A DNA stretch of 64,000 bases from Okamejei kenojei (Eukaryota): contig CM069131.1 of assembly GCA_035221665.1 (NCBI GenBank), positions 28,458,001-28,522,000 on the forward strand. Direction: 5' to 3'. The notes below the pieces were generated by a model that saw only the letters and a list, made by a program, of their open reading frames with translations, searched no databases and was not told where the DNA came from. Below, in pieces: positions 40,401 to 52,893 of this stretch (position 1 is the first letter of the stretch; the number at the start of each line of letters is the position of its first letter). A program made the position numbers and the translations under genes.

Positions 40401-40599
40401 TGTTAGTGTTGTGTATTGTTCAAGAGCCTGATGGTGGTGGGTGGAAACTATTCTTGAATCTTGTAGTCACAGTTTTCAGACTCCTGTGCCTTCTTCCCAA
40501 TGGTAGAGATGAATGAGAGCATGGCCAGGATGGTGTGGGTCTGATAATATTGCCTTTTTGAGGCTGCGCCACCTATAAATTCCTTTGTGGGGGGGGGGT

Positions 40600-40632
<33 letters not shown>

Positions 40633-40862
40633 CCATGCCTGTAATAGACCAGGCAATGTCTGCCACTCTCTGTAATCTCTTTCATTCCTGGACATTTGAG
40701 TTGCTGAACAAAACCCTGATGCAACCAGCCAGTGTGTTCACTGCCATACACTCATAGAAGTTTGATAGAGTATTCATCAACATGCCAGATTTCCTCAGTC
40801 TTCTAAGGAAGTTTAGCTGTTGATGAGTGTTGTTGTGATTACATCAATGTGCTCGGCCCAGG
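40401..40862 (-). mobile_element. Rex1/Babar-like LINE 3' fragment with an expanded poly-G tract (40588-40631)
   Basis: Remnant GIYRWRSLKKAILSDPHHPGHAL motif, same family as 42784-43115. Confidence 0.65.
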
Positions 40863-41419
40863 ACAGACTTTCATATGTCTTTGGGATGTGGGAGGAAATT
40901 GAAGCATCTGGAGGAAAATCTACACAGTCACAGAGAGAACATGCAAACTCCAGATTGCACCTTAGGTCATAATTGAACCAGGGTTTCTGGCAGTGTGAGG
41001 CAGGCATTCATGAGTATAGAGAGAATGTAGCAGGGGACTGAGCAAAAAGCCTTGAATGCTCCTGTGTTAATGGCTATTGAGGAGGAAGTGTTGTCAATTC
41101 GTACCGATTGTGGTGACAAGACAGGATGCTGATGAATTAGAAGGGAACCTGTAGACGGTGTTTTCTCATGCCGGTGTGGACCTTTTGAGATATGATATCA
41201 GAATCGGTGAGAAGGTACTGCAGCAGTATACTTTGTAGATAGAATACGTTATAGCGTCAGTAGTGGAGGAAGGGAATGTCTAAGATAATGAATAGGGTGG
41301 TAAGAAGGCTGCTTTTACTTGGATGGTGTTAAGCTTCATAAGAAGCTTAATTTACCCAACCAAGTGGGAAGTATTTGTGCAGAAAAGATTCACCAGGATG
41401 TTTCCTGGACTTGTGGGCT

Positions 41420-42235
41420 GAGTTACCAGCAGACCATAAGCAGTAGAAATTGTCAACAACATTTCCTCCTCAATGACCCACGGCGCAGTGGCACCTCAAC
41501 ACTGCATCCTCAGTCCCCTGCTTTATTTTCTCCATACCCATGACTGTGTAACTAGGCACAGCTCCAATGCCATCTCTAAATTTGCCGATAATACTACTGG
41601 TGTTTGACGAATAACAAGCACAGATAAGTGGTACAGGAGAGAAATTAATAATCTGATTGAATTGTGCCTGAACAATAACTTTGTTCTCAACTTTAACAAG
41701 ATCAAAGAGTGACGAGGAAGGTCAAGCCGAGGATCCATGAACCTGTCTTCATCGACCGGACAGCGATGGACAGATTCAACAACTTCATGCACATTCATAT
41801 CTCTGCAGATCTGTACTGGGCTCAGCACTTCGATGCAATCATAACAAAAGTTCATCAATACTTCTACTTCCTTAAAAGGGAGATTTGTTATGTTACAGAA
41901 TACTTTATTGAACCTCTGCCAGTGTATGGTAGAGAGCATTCTGACTGGTTTTACCGTGGTAATTTCAGATTACACCAAGATTGCGGGGTTGCGGACTGTG
42001 AGAAAGGCTGTCAAGGTATACAGCAGGATACAGATCAGCTACAGAAATGGGCGGAGAAATGGCAGATGGAGTTCAATCCGAGCAAGTGCGAGGTGTTACA
42101 CTCTTGAGGTCAAATGTAAGGGGAAAATATTCAATGAACTGGATGATCCTGAACAGCATTGATGTACGGAAGGAGCTTGGGATCCACGTTCATAATTCCT
42201 TGAAGTGGCAACACAAGTAAATAAGAGAGGTCCAG
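41420..42235 (+). mobile_element. Adjacent Rex1-like and CR1-like RT remnants
   Basis: aaatttgccgataatactact (KFADNTT) Rex1-like part to ~41955, then CR1-like LQKWAEKWQMEFNPSKCEVLH. Confidence 0.65.
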
Positions 42236-42432
42236 AAGGGAAGATGGATGTGAAACTACAGCTCGACAAGAAGAGTCTGAAGAAGGGTCTCAACCCAAAA
42301 CATCACCCATTCCTTCTAACCAGAGATGCTGCCTGTCCTGCTCAGTTACTATAGTATTTTGTGTCTATCTTCAGTGTAAACCAACATCTGCAGTTCCTTC
42401 CTTACACATAAGGAGGAGGAGTCAAGAGTGTT

Positions 42433-42653
42433 TTAGACAATAGACAATAGGTGCAGGAGTAGGCCATTCGGCCCTTCGAGCCAACACCGCCATTCAATGT
42501 GATCATGGCTATACATCCCCAATCAGTACCCTGTTCCTGCCTTCTCCCCATATCCCCTGACTCCGCTATCTTTAAGAGCCCTATCTGCTCTCTCTTGAAA
42601 GTATCCAGAGAACTGGCCTCCACCACCCTCTGAGGCAGGGTGGTGGAGGCCAG
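42433..42653 (-). mobile_element. CR1/HER1-like 3' end with a fold-back at the truncation point
   Basis: Same 3' end as 5842-6040. Ends in a perfect 17-bp inverted repeat (42613-42629 / 42637-42653). Confidence 0.85.
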
Positions 42654-42783
42654 CACAACAGAATATGTAAATATAGTACATAATGGGAGAAAGAATAAAA
42701 AGTTCAGTGTGTGTATATACACATGCACACATACTCAATAAACAAACAAATATAGTGCAATAATAATAATAGTCTTTTGTAGT

Positions 42784-43115
42784 TCAGAGCTTATTTGTTG
42801 TCATGTTTAATAGCCTGATAGCTGTAGGGTAGAAACTATTCCTGAACCTGGATGTTACAGTTTTCAGGCTCCTGTACCTTCTTCCCAATGGCAACGGTGA
42901 AATGAGTGTGGGGCCAGGATGGTGTGGGTCCTTGATGATGTTGGCTGCCTTTTTGAAACAGCGTCTACGATAGATCCCTTCGATGGTGGGGAGGTCAGAG
43001 ACAGTGAAGGACTGGGCAGTGGTCACAACTTTTCCGCTCCTGGACGTTCAAGTTGCCGAAGCAGGCCACGATGCTCTCTACTGTGCACCTGTAGAAGTTC
43101 AGGAGAATCTTCTTT
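42784..43115 (-). mobile_element. Rex1/Babar-like LINE 3' fragment
   Basis: LPTIEGIYRRRCFKKAANIIKDPHHPG...GRRYRSLKTVTSRFRNSFYPTAIRLLN; upstream LLNFYRCTVES. Confidence 0.8.
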
Positions 43116-43124
43116 GAGGGAAGA

Positions 43125-43318
43125 AGGAGCAGCTGCTGGAGGAGGAGGAGGAGCAGCTGCTGGAGGAGGAGGAGGAGTGGGAGCCAAAGATCTGCTGCTG
43201 CTGCTGGAGGAGGAGGAGCAGCTGCTGGAGGAGGAGGAGCAGCTGCTGGAGGAGGAGGAGTGTGAGCCAAAGACCTGCAGCTGCTGGAGGAGGAGGAGGA
43301 GGAGGAGGTTGAGCTGGG
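43125..43318 (+). repeat. Compound (GGA)n/(CTG)n minisatellite upstream of the EXOSC9 start
   Basis: Repeated gagcagctgctg(gag)n units, plus two gagccaaaga.ctg higher-order units. Confidence 0.9.
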
Positions 43319-43396
43319 ACCTTTGGTTGAGCTGCTGCGGGTCGCCGGCTGGTGACGTGTGAGGCGGGCGCCGGAGAGGAGAGCAGAGGAGAGGAG

Positions 43397-43462
43397 ATGA
43401 GGGAGACGCCGCTGTCCAACTGCGAGCGGCAGCTCATCCTGCAGGCCATCGCCGACAGGCAG
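43397..43462 (+). CDS. EXOSC9: Exosome component 9 (Rrp45/PM-Scl75), exon 1
   Basis: MRETPLSNCERQLILQAIADRQ|GT (human MKETPLSNCERRFLLRAIEEKK), within a CpG-rich island. Confidence 0.95.
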
Positions 43463-45623
43463 GTGCGGCTCAACCCAACCGGGCGTGTGTGTGGGCCTGC
43501 GTGTGCTCACAGCGGCTCACGGTGTGTGGGCCTGCGGCGTGGGGCCGGGCCGCACCTCCTCCTCCTCGTGTGTGTGTGTGGAGGGATGAGCGGGTCAGTC
43601 TGGGCCGTGTGTTCAATCAGCTGCCTCTCTCAGTCTGTGCCGGAACTGTGTTTCTTTCGTTCCACTTTGGGGGGACTTTGCCCTCCCAGACGCCCCACCA
43701 GTTCATTTCCACACCCCCCTGTATCCCTGCAACTTTCTCCCTTCCACATAGTCCCACTTTGTCACCGACCTGCATGGTTGACTGCAGCAGCCAGTTAATC
43801 CGTCTGCAGGCCTCTATCTGGGATGTGGAGTGAATGGGCAAGAGTAAAATCTGAAGGCAGGAACGGTGTACTGACGGCAGGATAGGGACAAAATGATATT
43901 CAAGTCGGGGGAAATTAAAAGATCAATATCATCTGGGGTAAATGCCTCTTTTCTGTTGCAGTTAGACCCACCAGCTGCACTCATCAGTTTGGTATCAAGG
44001 GCAAGGTCTGAGTTGTGATTGACGTTAGAATCAACAATAGAGGTGAAACAAGGATTGAGGTTGGCTGAGGGACTATGGGTGCAATTAAAACAGTTTATTG
44101 GTAATAAGTTTAAGATTATTCTGTTCTTATTCTGGCTTTTGTTCCAACTCGTATGTGTCGATTAATTACCTGCCATGCTTCATTTAGCTTTCTTCTCCCT
44201 CCCTACAATCATTCTGAAGAAGGGTCTCAACGTGACAACCTGAAGCATCACCTGTCCATGTTTTCCAAATGGCCACTACAATGCTGCCTGACCTGCTGAG
44301 TTACTCCCGCACTTTGTGTCCTTCTGTGTGTTAACCAACATCAGCAATTCTTTGTTTCTATGTCCTTCCTCTGGCCATTATACTGCCAATTTTGGTGTTG
44401 TCTACAGATTTGGTTATGTTGTTATCCTAATCATTAATGTAGATAACAAACTAATGGATCCAGCACAGCTCCTGCTGCTCCTCCTTGTCACTGGCCTGGT
44501 CTCTGAAGAAGAGAAGCATGGAGAGGATGCAAACTACTTTTTGTATAATAATAAGCAAAATATAAAGGGATTAAATAGAATTTCACACTAAAACCAAATA
44601 ATGAAATAAAGGAAAATGGTTTAAAACATAATGAATAGACAGTTTTGAACTAACAGTTGATGCCAATATCTAGGTCAAGGGTGGAAATTAAGTTTTCCAG
44701 GAGATTTGATCTTAAGAAAGGACAGATAACTTGGCAAAATATGGATGTTGCCCCAGTGGAAAAGGTGACATACGCACAATAATAATAATATAATTGGAGA
44801 GCTAATGTCCCAATTACATCAATAACGTTGGAGAAAGTTTTAATCAAGTAACAATTAAAATTAGAACAATATTCACAGGGACTTAAATCTTTGTGTTGAT
44901 CACACAAATGAAATTGATGGAAGTAGTTTGTAAGATGAGTTTGTTGAATTTCATGGAGTAAGTCGATAATGGTTTCTTGATCCTGCATTCAATTAGAACT
45001 AGATAACTTAAATTTATTGCAAGAATTCTGATGTAGAAGAGAGCCTGTGTTCTGTTGGCTGTGCTCGGAAGTTACAGTTGAACATGACTGTGCTTTAACA
45101 CCACTGCTGTTTCATTGGGTGGCAATTGCAAGCTGTTTCAATGTTTGGGCAGATTGAAACCAGATTGGTTCGGTTACCAAAAGGTAGTGCACGGCAGACA
45201 ACCATTAGACGTTCATGCTGTCTTGAAAACATAAATTTTAGATCACATTTTTAAAAGATAAGCGTAACTTCTGGCATTACAGAATTATGTAGACCAGGAA
45301 AACTAGATGAGAATACCAGTATTAGCAAGTAGGCTGTGGAGTAATTGTTGGTTACAAGAACTGAAAGGTACTCACTCCTGCATTCTAATCAGTAACTAAG
45401 GTAAATCTACTCTTTTTTGGTGATTTTTTTTTTTCCTCTGATATTTTGTGAAATGAAAATTGAGGTGTGGGAGAAGAGCTCTATGTTCAAGAAAATATAA
45501 ACAAACTTTAACATCCAAGTGGTGACCTACCATAAATATTGGTATCAACTTTTGTTATTACATTGTTGTAAGCTGGTTAATTTGTTTTAAATATAGTTAA
45601 TGTGCTTTATTTTTGATCAACAG

Positions 45624-45718
45624 CGTCTTGATGGAAGGCAGACATATGATTATAGGAATATCAAGATAACATTTGGAACTGAATATGGCTGTTGCATTGT
45701 GGAACTGGGTAAAACAAG
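45624..45718 (+). CDS. EXOSC9: EXOSC9 exon 2
   Basis: AG/GT; RLDGRQTYDYRNIKITFGTEYGCCIVELGKT(R), RNase PH-fold motif. Confidence 0.95.
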
Positions 45719-46402
45719 GTAACAATTGTTTTATCAGAGGAGAGCTATAATTCATTATTCTGGTCTATTTTTGAAGCATTATTCTTTACTGGTTGAAAAT
45801 TGACATTTTAAATGTTGGAATGGGTCATGGTGTACTGCCTTGGTACCCCATTGTTGCAATACTGTGATATTGGATGAGTATGTTTAGGTGTCTTCTCTCC
45901 CCTATCCTTTCTTACTAACTGGCTGTGCTGCATTGGGGAAACATTCAGCATTACGAACTTCCTCCTATTCTGTTAAGTTAAGAAGTTGAAGGAAAGACAA
46001 AGATACAGTCTGTATAATCATATATATGCTGGACCTGGTGCGTGTTCCCTGTGATTGGTAACAGTAATTCAAGTATGCTTTTTACATTTTGCACTCCAGG
46101 TTCTATGCACATGGGAAAGAAAAGAGAAGGTGTGTAATTTGATGGAGGATTGGAAAGATTAATTGATAAAAAGGGACCGGGCAAAGCAATGGGAATAATA
46201 AGGGGGAAAAGGGTCCACGGGTATAAACGTGAAGAGTAAAATCAACGTCTGAAACATAAACTTAGTTGAAGTCCATAATCCAGTAATGCACTTAAACAGA
46301 AAATAATGTGCAGTTCCTCAAGTTTAACTAGAAAGAAACATTGAACATTGAAAGCTTAGTCTTTCCTTCTGTTCTGTTAAGTATTTCCAACCTCTTGAAG
46401 AT

Positions 46403-46580
46403 AGACACAGTGGTAAACTCAGTGGATCAGGCAGCATCTGAAGAAAAGGAATAGGTGACGTTCCGGGTCGAGTCTCCCTATTCCTTTACTCTGGAGACGC
46501 TGCCTGACCTGCTGAGTTACTCCAGCATTTTGTGCCTTTCTTCTGTGTAAACCAGCATCTGCAATTCTTTCCCGCACATT
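46403..46580. mobile_element. Inverted (fold-back) pair of Penelope-type termini
   Basis: 15-bp TSD caacctcttgaagat (46388-46402, 46581-46595). The two halves are imperfect reverse complements. Confidence 0.7.
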
Positions 46581-46847
46581 CAACCTCTTGAAGATGTGGG
46601 AAAGACACAAAATGCCAGGTCGCGCGGAAAGCCAATCCCTGCTTATTTTCAATAGCAATTCAAAATGACATCCATCTGAAGATGTAGAGTGGTTCCATTT
46701 AACTCAATTTCAAAAAATGCTCCTCTGACAATACAGAGCTTTCTTGATACTGCACTTTAACATGATTGATATTGATATTTTATCATCCTGCTTTATTTTC
46801 AGGAATAAAGTAAAAGATGCTTAATTGGTTTTCAACTGTGATTTCAG

Positions 46848-46967
46848 GGTCCTTGCACAAGTATCATGTGAACTTGCTACTCCTAAACCTAGTCGGCCGA
46901 CAGAAGGCACCATCTTCTTCAATTTGGAGCTCTCTCCAATGGCATCTCCTGCATTTGAACCCGGCAG
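46848..46967 (+). CDS. EXOSC9: EXOSC9 exon 3
   Basis: AG/GT; VLAQVSCELATPKPSRPTEGTIFFNLELSPMASPAFEPG(R). Confidence 0.95.
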
Positions 46968-47663
46968 GTTAGTTTAGCAGGAATGAAAGACACCTGTTGT
47001 AAATTTCTAGTAACCAACCAGTATTTTCTTTCCAATTCCAATAATGGTTTTTTGCGTTGTTGGTGATTCAAAAGCTCTTCCTGAGTGTCTGCTCCTCTAC
47101 CTTTACCTTTGGATTAAATTGACATGAATTCAAACAATTTAGGGACCAATCTCAAGTTAAAACACAATGAAAATGTTGTGTATTGTTGCATTAAGTCTAC
47201 AAGTACTATCTCATAATTATTGCGTGTAAATATTCAGAATTTGAGAAAACCAAAATAATATTAAATGTTGATTCATGATATTTCATCATTTAATTAGTAC
47301 ATGAATATTCTGATCTTCATGTTGCCCTCTATAGCATGGTTACATAAAATAAAAATTGTGCTTTTTTGTCCGGGTGTGGTACCTGCAAAATCAAATTAGT
47401 TGCTCAGGCATCTTGATGGCACCATAGCTGCTCAATAGCAGAAATCCTTTTGAACTGATATTTTACAGCATGGTGGAACGGAGTGCTTCTCATTTATGGG
47501 AAGCTGCCTGTGGGAGGAGGGTGCTGTAGTTTCAGCAATCTACTCTTCTTTTGAATTAGGATAATTTTGTGTGCTGGTATACTTCTTTACCACTGTTTGT
47601 GTAAAATGGCTGGATGTTCTTTTTAAGTGATATCGTAAAATATTATATTTTTTTGATTTGCAG

Positions 47664-47766
47664 ACAATCGGAGTTGTTAGTTAAACTGAACCGCCTGTTG
47701 GAGAGATGTCTGAGGAATTCAAAGTGTATAGACACAGAATCCCTGTGTGTTGTAGCAGGTGCAAAG
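47664..47766 (+). CDS. EXOSC9: EXOSC9 exon 4
   Basis: AG/GT; QSELLVKLNRLLERCLRNSKCIDTESLCVVAGAK. Confidence 0.95.
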
Positions 47767-48341
47767 GTGAGACAAATTTGTAAGGAGTTTCTGATTGGAA
47801 TTTTAGGACTTTTATCTTAAATTTGTTCTCACTAACTACTATCACTGCTGAACTAGACAGTAATTTACATGGTAGAGAGAGGGATTTGTGACAGGCTGAA
47901 GTACAGTTCAATGCACAAGGGCTGCCAACATTGGGTGAGAGTTGAGAGTGAGAAATTGCAAGGGAGCATAGCGACGGGGGGGGGGGGGGTGGGGGGGGGG
48001 GGGTGTTCCCCCTCCCACAGTAGGGAGCTTTTACATTTTTCAGCTTGAAATTGTGCAATCTGGTGCATACTGTAGCGAGTCTTTTAACTTGCACTTGGAT
48101 GCGACATTTATGTTTTTAATTGGATTAGGTATGAATAAGGTTAGGCTAAATTACATTCCCAATTACATTCCACAATAGTGCCAGGCTCTGCTCAACAGGT
48201 GCAGCACATGAATGACTATATTCATGCATGGAAATCAGATTATATTCATGCTGTTATGCATATATATAGAGAAAAACTCAGAGAAACAAAGCAAAAGTCA
48301 GACTTCCATCTCTGTTCTGCACAAATAAATCAATCAACCTT

Positions 48342-48475
48342 GTTCAAGAAGGAACTGCAGATGTTGGAGAATCGAAGGTAGACAAAATTGCTGGAGAAAC
48401 TCAGCGTGTGCGGCAGCATCTATGGAGCGAAGGAAATAGGGAAAGTTTTGGGCCGAAACCCTTCTTCAGACGGTT
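48342..48475 (-). mobile_element. Solo Penelope-type terminus
   Basis: Same family as 40292-40386. 8-bp TSD tcaacctt (48334-48341, 48476-48483). Confidence 0.65.
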
Positions 48476-51400
48476 TCAACCTTACCCTTTGAATATAGAA
48501 ACAAGACAAAAATAATGCCACATTCAATCATATATGGCTCAATGAAATTAAGATATATATGTAAAAATATATATGGAAACAGGCCCCTTCTGCCCACCAG
48601 GTCCACACTGACCAGCAAACTATCATACACCAATTCCATCCATCATGCCAGGGACAATTTACAGAAGCCAATTAACCTACAAACCTGCACTTCTTTCGGA
48701 TATGGGAGAAATCGGAATATCCAGAGAAAACCCATGTGGTAGTGAGGCAGCAACTCTACCGCTGCACCACCGTGCCACCCCATTAAATTATTTTTTCTGT
48801 AATATATTTATTATGGTGTCACGTGAATAAAGATGAACACATGATTCTGATTTCTGCCCTTAGTTGGATGATACACATGTCCAGTCATTGTGTTTTACGG
48901 CTGGTTTTCAACCTCTTCAGGCTGAAGGTCTCGACTCGAAATATCACCCATTCTTTCTCTCTAGAGATGCTGCATGTCCTGCTGAGCTTTTCTAGTTTTT
49001 AGTGTCTATCTTCAGTTTAAACCAGCATCTGCAATTCCTTCCTACACTATTTGTTAAGCAAAACAGGTCCTATTCTCATTATATAATTTTGTGATCAGCG
49101 TGAGAGCATGAGAGTTGCTAATAATACAAACATTTTATGCAAGTTCCAATTGTTTGGACAAAAATCACTTATTACTGCTTTATAACAGTTAAGTTACTTT
49201 AAGACTATTTCAGAAATTATGGCAGTCAACAAAAAATCAACTAACAAATTGAAGCAAACTTTAAAAAAAATAACATGTTCCCTTTCCTGACTACCTCATA
49301 AGTACTTTAACGCTGTTAACAGAGCAAAGGGATATTAATCTCAAGAATCAAAATGGGGAAAGTGAGGGCAATTTTGCTCAAATAGTAATTCTAAGCCCAT
49401 TCAGATCTGCATGGAGTCAGTTTTACAACATGTACATGGCTGGCGCAATTTGTCCAAACTGATCAAGTTGGCATTCTGCGTGCCCAGGGACTGACCGCAG
49501 TTCCCAGGTCAGCTCGCCTGCCCCGGCCCCGCGAAAACAAATTGAAAAAAAAATACGCGTTGTTTCGGGTTATGGGCCGTGTGCCCATAGTCCGAACCCT
49601 GTCCTAGATGTTTGGCCTCATTGTGGTCGTCGCCCCCCCCCCCATGTTTGACAACTGCTTCACCTGGCTGTTGTTGCCGGCAGCTGCACATTCGACCGAA
49701 GAGAAGAGAAGAGATGCGACGTTACTCACAGCCGTCAACCGACGCGCTTCCCCAGACCGCACAGATCGCTGGCAGGCGGCGCAAAGGGACAAACTGGCGC
49801 AAGGACTGAACTCAGCATGAGAACTCGGTCATGAGTGTGAGGGCCTGAGAATTTGCTCCAGGGCGTGATTCTCACGCTGAAAGCGTGAGAGTTGGCAGCC
49901 GTGATACACTAACACGTTGAGAATGACCATTACATTTTTTCACATACAGAAATCTCAGTATAGATGACTTGGTTTAAGTTTCCCTACTGTGGCGCAGCAG
50001 TAGAGTCGCTGCCTTACAGCACGAGGGATCTGGGTTCGATCCTGACTCCCGTCACTATGTTGGCCTCATTTCTCTTCAAGCTTCACCTGTAAGTTAGATT
50101 CTTGAGTTAACCATATTGCAATGAAGCTCAATTTTGTTACACTTTTCAGAAATTCATACAGTAAAATTAATATTATAACAAACAGTAACTGAATTCATAA
50201 GTATATGTATTTTAATTAATTAGAACAACAATGACTCATCTTATTATTAGCTCAGTTGATGACTCTCTGCCTCATTACAAAATATGGGTTTAAGTTCCTA
50301 TCCATGACTGTGCTGACTGAATTGTTCCGTGAAACATTTTTCTTAGAGGATATAGATTTTATTGCAATTCTTTGCAAAACATACAGTTCTTTCAAAGCCT
50401 CTCCGTGTACCTCAACCAATATCAATAAATATAATGAACTTCATTCTTTTCCTAGTAGTGGGATCTTACTGTAGTTATGTTTGGTGCTATATTTGCATGC
50501 ATTTTACAATTTCATCAGTAACTCATTGAATGTGAAGCAAAATGGAATGTGATAGAAACTATTTAAATGCAAGATTACTTATTGTTAAAGATAGTACAGT
50601 TAGTTAGTTAGCTAATATTTAGTTAGATAGCTACTATTTTTCCTTTGATTCAGAGAAAGGAGCAGAAATTATGACCTGTGATTAGGCAGTCCAGCTGCAG
50701 TGAAGTTGCATTTGATTCCTTTTGTTTCTCTCCTGTGCCTGAAAAAAAGTTTGCTCTTTATACTGATTAATAATTGTAGTTCATATCTCAATCAACATAT
50801 ATAGCATCTACAGTGGCTTGCAAAAGATTTCATAGCGCTTGAACTTTTCCACATTTTGTCACGTTACAACCACAAACGTAAATGTACTTTATTGGGATTG
50901 TATGTGATAGACCAACACAAAGTGGTGCATAATTGTAAAGTGGAAGGAAAATGATACATGGTTTCCAAATTTTATTATAAATAAAAAACTGAAAAGTGTG
51001 GCGTGCAAAAGTATTCTGCCCCCCATGAGTCAATACTTTGTAGAACCACCTTTCACTGCAATTACAGCTGCAAGTCTTTTGGGGTATGTCTCTACCAGCT
51101 TTGCACATCTAGAGACTGAAATTTTTGCCCATCCCAAAATAGCTCAAGCTCAAGTCAGATTGGTTGGAGAGCGTCGGTGAACAGCAATTTTCAAGTCTTG
51201 CCAGAGATTCTCAATTGGATTTAGGTCTGGACTTTGACTGGGCCATTCTAACACATGAATATGCTTTGATCTAAACCATTCCATTGTAGCTCTGGCTGTA
51301 TGTTTAGGTTCGTTGTCCTGCTAGAAGGCAAACCTCCGCCCCAATCTCAAGTCTTTTGCAGACTCTAACAGGTTTTCTTCCAAGATTGCCCTGTATTTGG

Positions 51401-52564
51401 CTCCATCCATCTTCCCATCAACTTTGACCAGCTTCCCTGTCCCTGCTGAAGAAAAGCATCCCCACAGCATGATGCTGCCACCGGTGTGTTTCACAGTGGG
51501 GATGGTGTGTTCTGGGTGATGTGCAGTATTAGTTTTCCGGCACACATAGCGTTTTGCATTTAGGCCAAAAACTTCAATTTTGGTCTCATCAGACCAGAGC
51601 ACCTTCCTCCACATGGTTGCTGTCCCCCCCACATGGCTTGTGGCAAACTGCAAACGGGACTTCTTATGGCTTTGTTTCAACAATGGCTTTCTTCTTGCCA
51701 CTCCTCCATAAAGGCCCGATTTGTGGAGTGCACGACTAATAGTTGTCCTGTGGACAGATTCTCCCACCTGAGCTGTGGATTTCTGCAGCTCCTCCAGAGT
51801 TACCATGGACCTCTTGGCTGCTTCTCTGATCAATGCTCTCCTTACCCGGCCTGTCAGTTTAGGTGGTCGGCCATGTCTTGGTAGGTTTGCAGTTGTGCCA
51901 TACTCTTTCCATTTTCGGATGATGGATTGATCAGTGCTCCGTGAGATGTTGAAAGCTTGGGATTTTTTTTATAACCTAACCCTGCTTTAAACTTCTCCAC
52001 AACTTTATCCCTGACCTGTCTGGTGTGTTCCTTCGGCTTCATGATGCTGTTTGTTCACTAATGTTCTCTAACAAACCTCTGAGGCCTTCACAGAACAGCT
52101 GTATTTATACTGAGATTAGATTGCACACAAGTGGACTCTATTTACTCATTAGGTGACTTCTGAAGGCAGTTGGTTGCACTGGATTTTATTTAGGGGTATC
52201 AGTGTAAAGGGGGCTGAATCCTTTTGCACGCCACACTTTTCAGTTTTTTTATTTGTAAAAAAAATTTGAAAACCATGTATCATTTTCCTTCCACTTCACA
52301 ATTATGCGCCACTTTGCGTTGGTCTATCACATAAAATAGTAAGATTAAACGAGAACTCACCTGTTCGAAGTTTGATCGTTATTTTACGAGGAGTTACGAT
52401 GAGGGATTACGTGAAGAAGAGCCCGCCTCACGCTGGTAACGGCATACTTCAAAGCAACGGCATGAAAAACACAGAACACCAAAGCCGGAGTAACATAGTA
52501 AGGCCCATAAAAAGACTTAGAACCACCATTTGATCATTTATTTTACGAGGGTGGGAGTGGAGGG

Positions 52565-52677
52565 CACGTAATCCCTCATCGTAACTCCTCGTAAAATAAC
52601 GATCAAACTTCGAACAGGTGAGTTCTCGTTTAATCTTACTATTTTACTTCGGAGTCACGTGAGTGACTACGTGAAGA
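52565..52677. repeat. DIRS internal complementary region (ICR)
   Basis: 52565-52646 is the reverse complement of 52332-52413; 52641-52677 is the reverse complement of 57227-57263. Confidence 0.93.
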
Positions 52678-52893
52678 GTTTTAAAGCTTTCTGTGTTTTT
52701 TATGTCGTAGAATTAATCCGTACGACAGTCCGGCTAAGTAAACACATACATGAGAAAGCAGACAAAAGTTAGATCTTTTTCACAATTAAATTTTTTAATG
52801 GTTGAAAGACCATATAATACCCTCCTTATATTTGAGGGAAAAATGATTACAAGTGACAAAAGATATCAGTGACTACACAACTGATTATAGCAA

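Noticed and set aside
40588-40631. Long poly-G tract (also poly-C ~8872-8896 and poly-G ~47975-48003) giving poly-Pro ORFs
   Set aside because: Homopolymer expansions inside repeats. Their lengths are unreliable in assemblies and there is no evidence of coding.
42919-43510. ORFs with poly-E/L/Q/P/S runs on both strands
   Set aside because: They are translations of the GGA/CTG repeat and a LINE remnant. The real EXOSC9 frame starts at 43397.
44455-44591. Signal-peptide-like MDPAQLLLLLLVTGLVS mini-ORF
   Set aside because: 45 codons inside EXOSC9 intron 1, with no recognisable homology or supporting exon structure.
47918-49902. gggctgccaac ... gttggcagcc as TIRs of one ~2-kb DNA transposon
   Set aside because: The match is short, no TSD was found, and the interior is a mix of unrelated repeats. 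They may be ends of two separate fragments.
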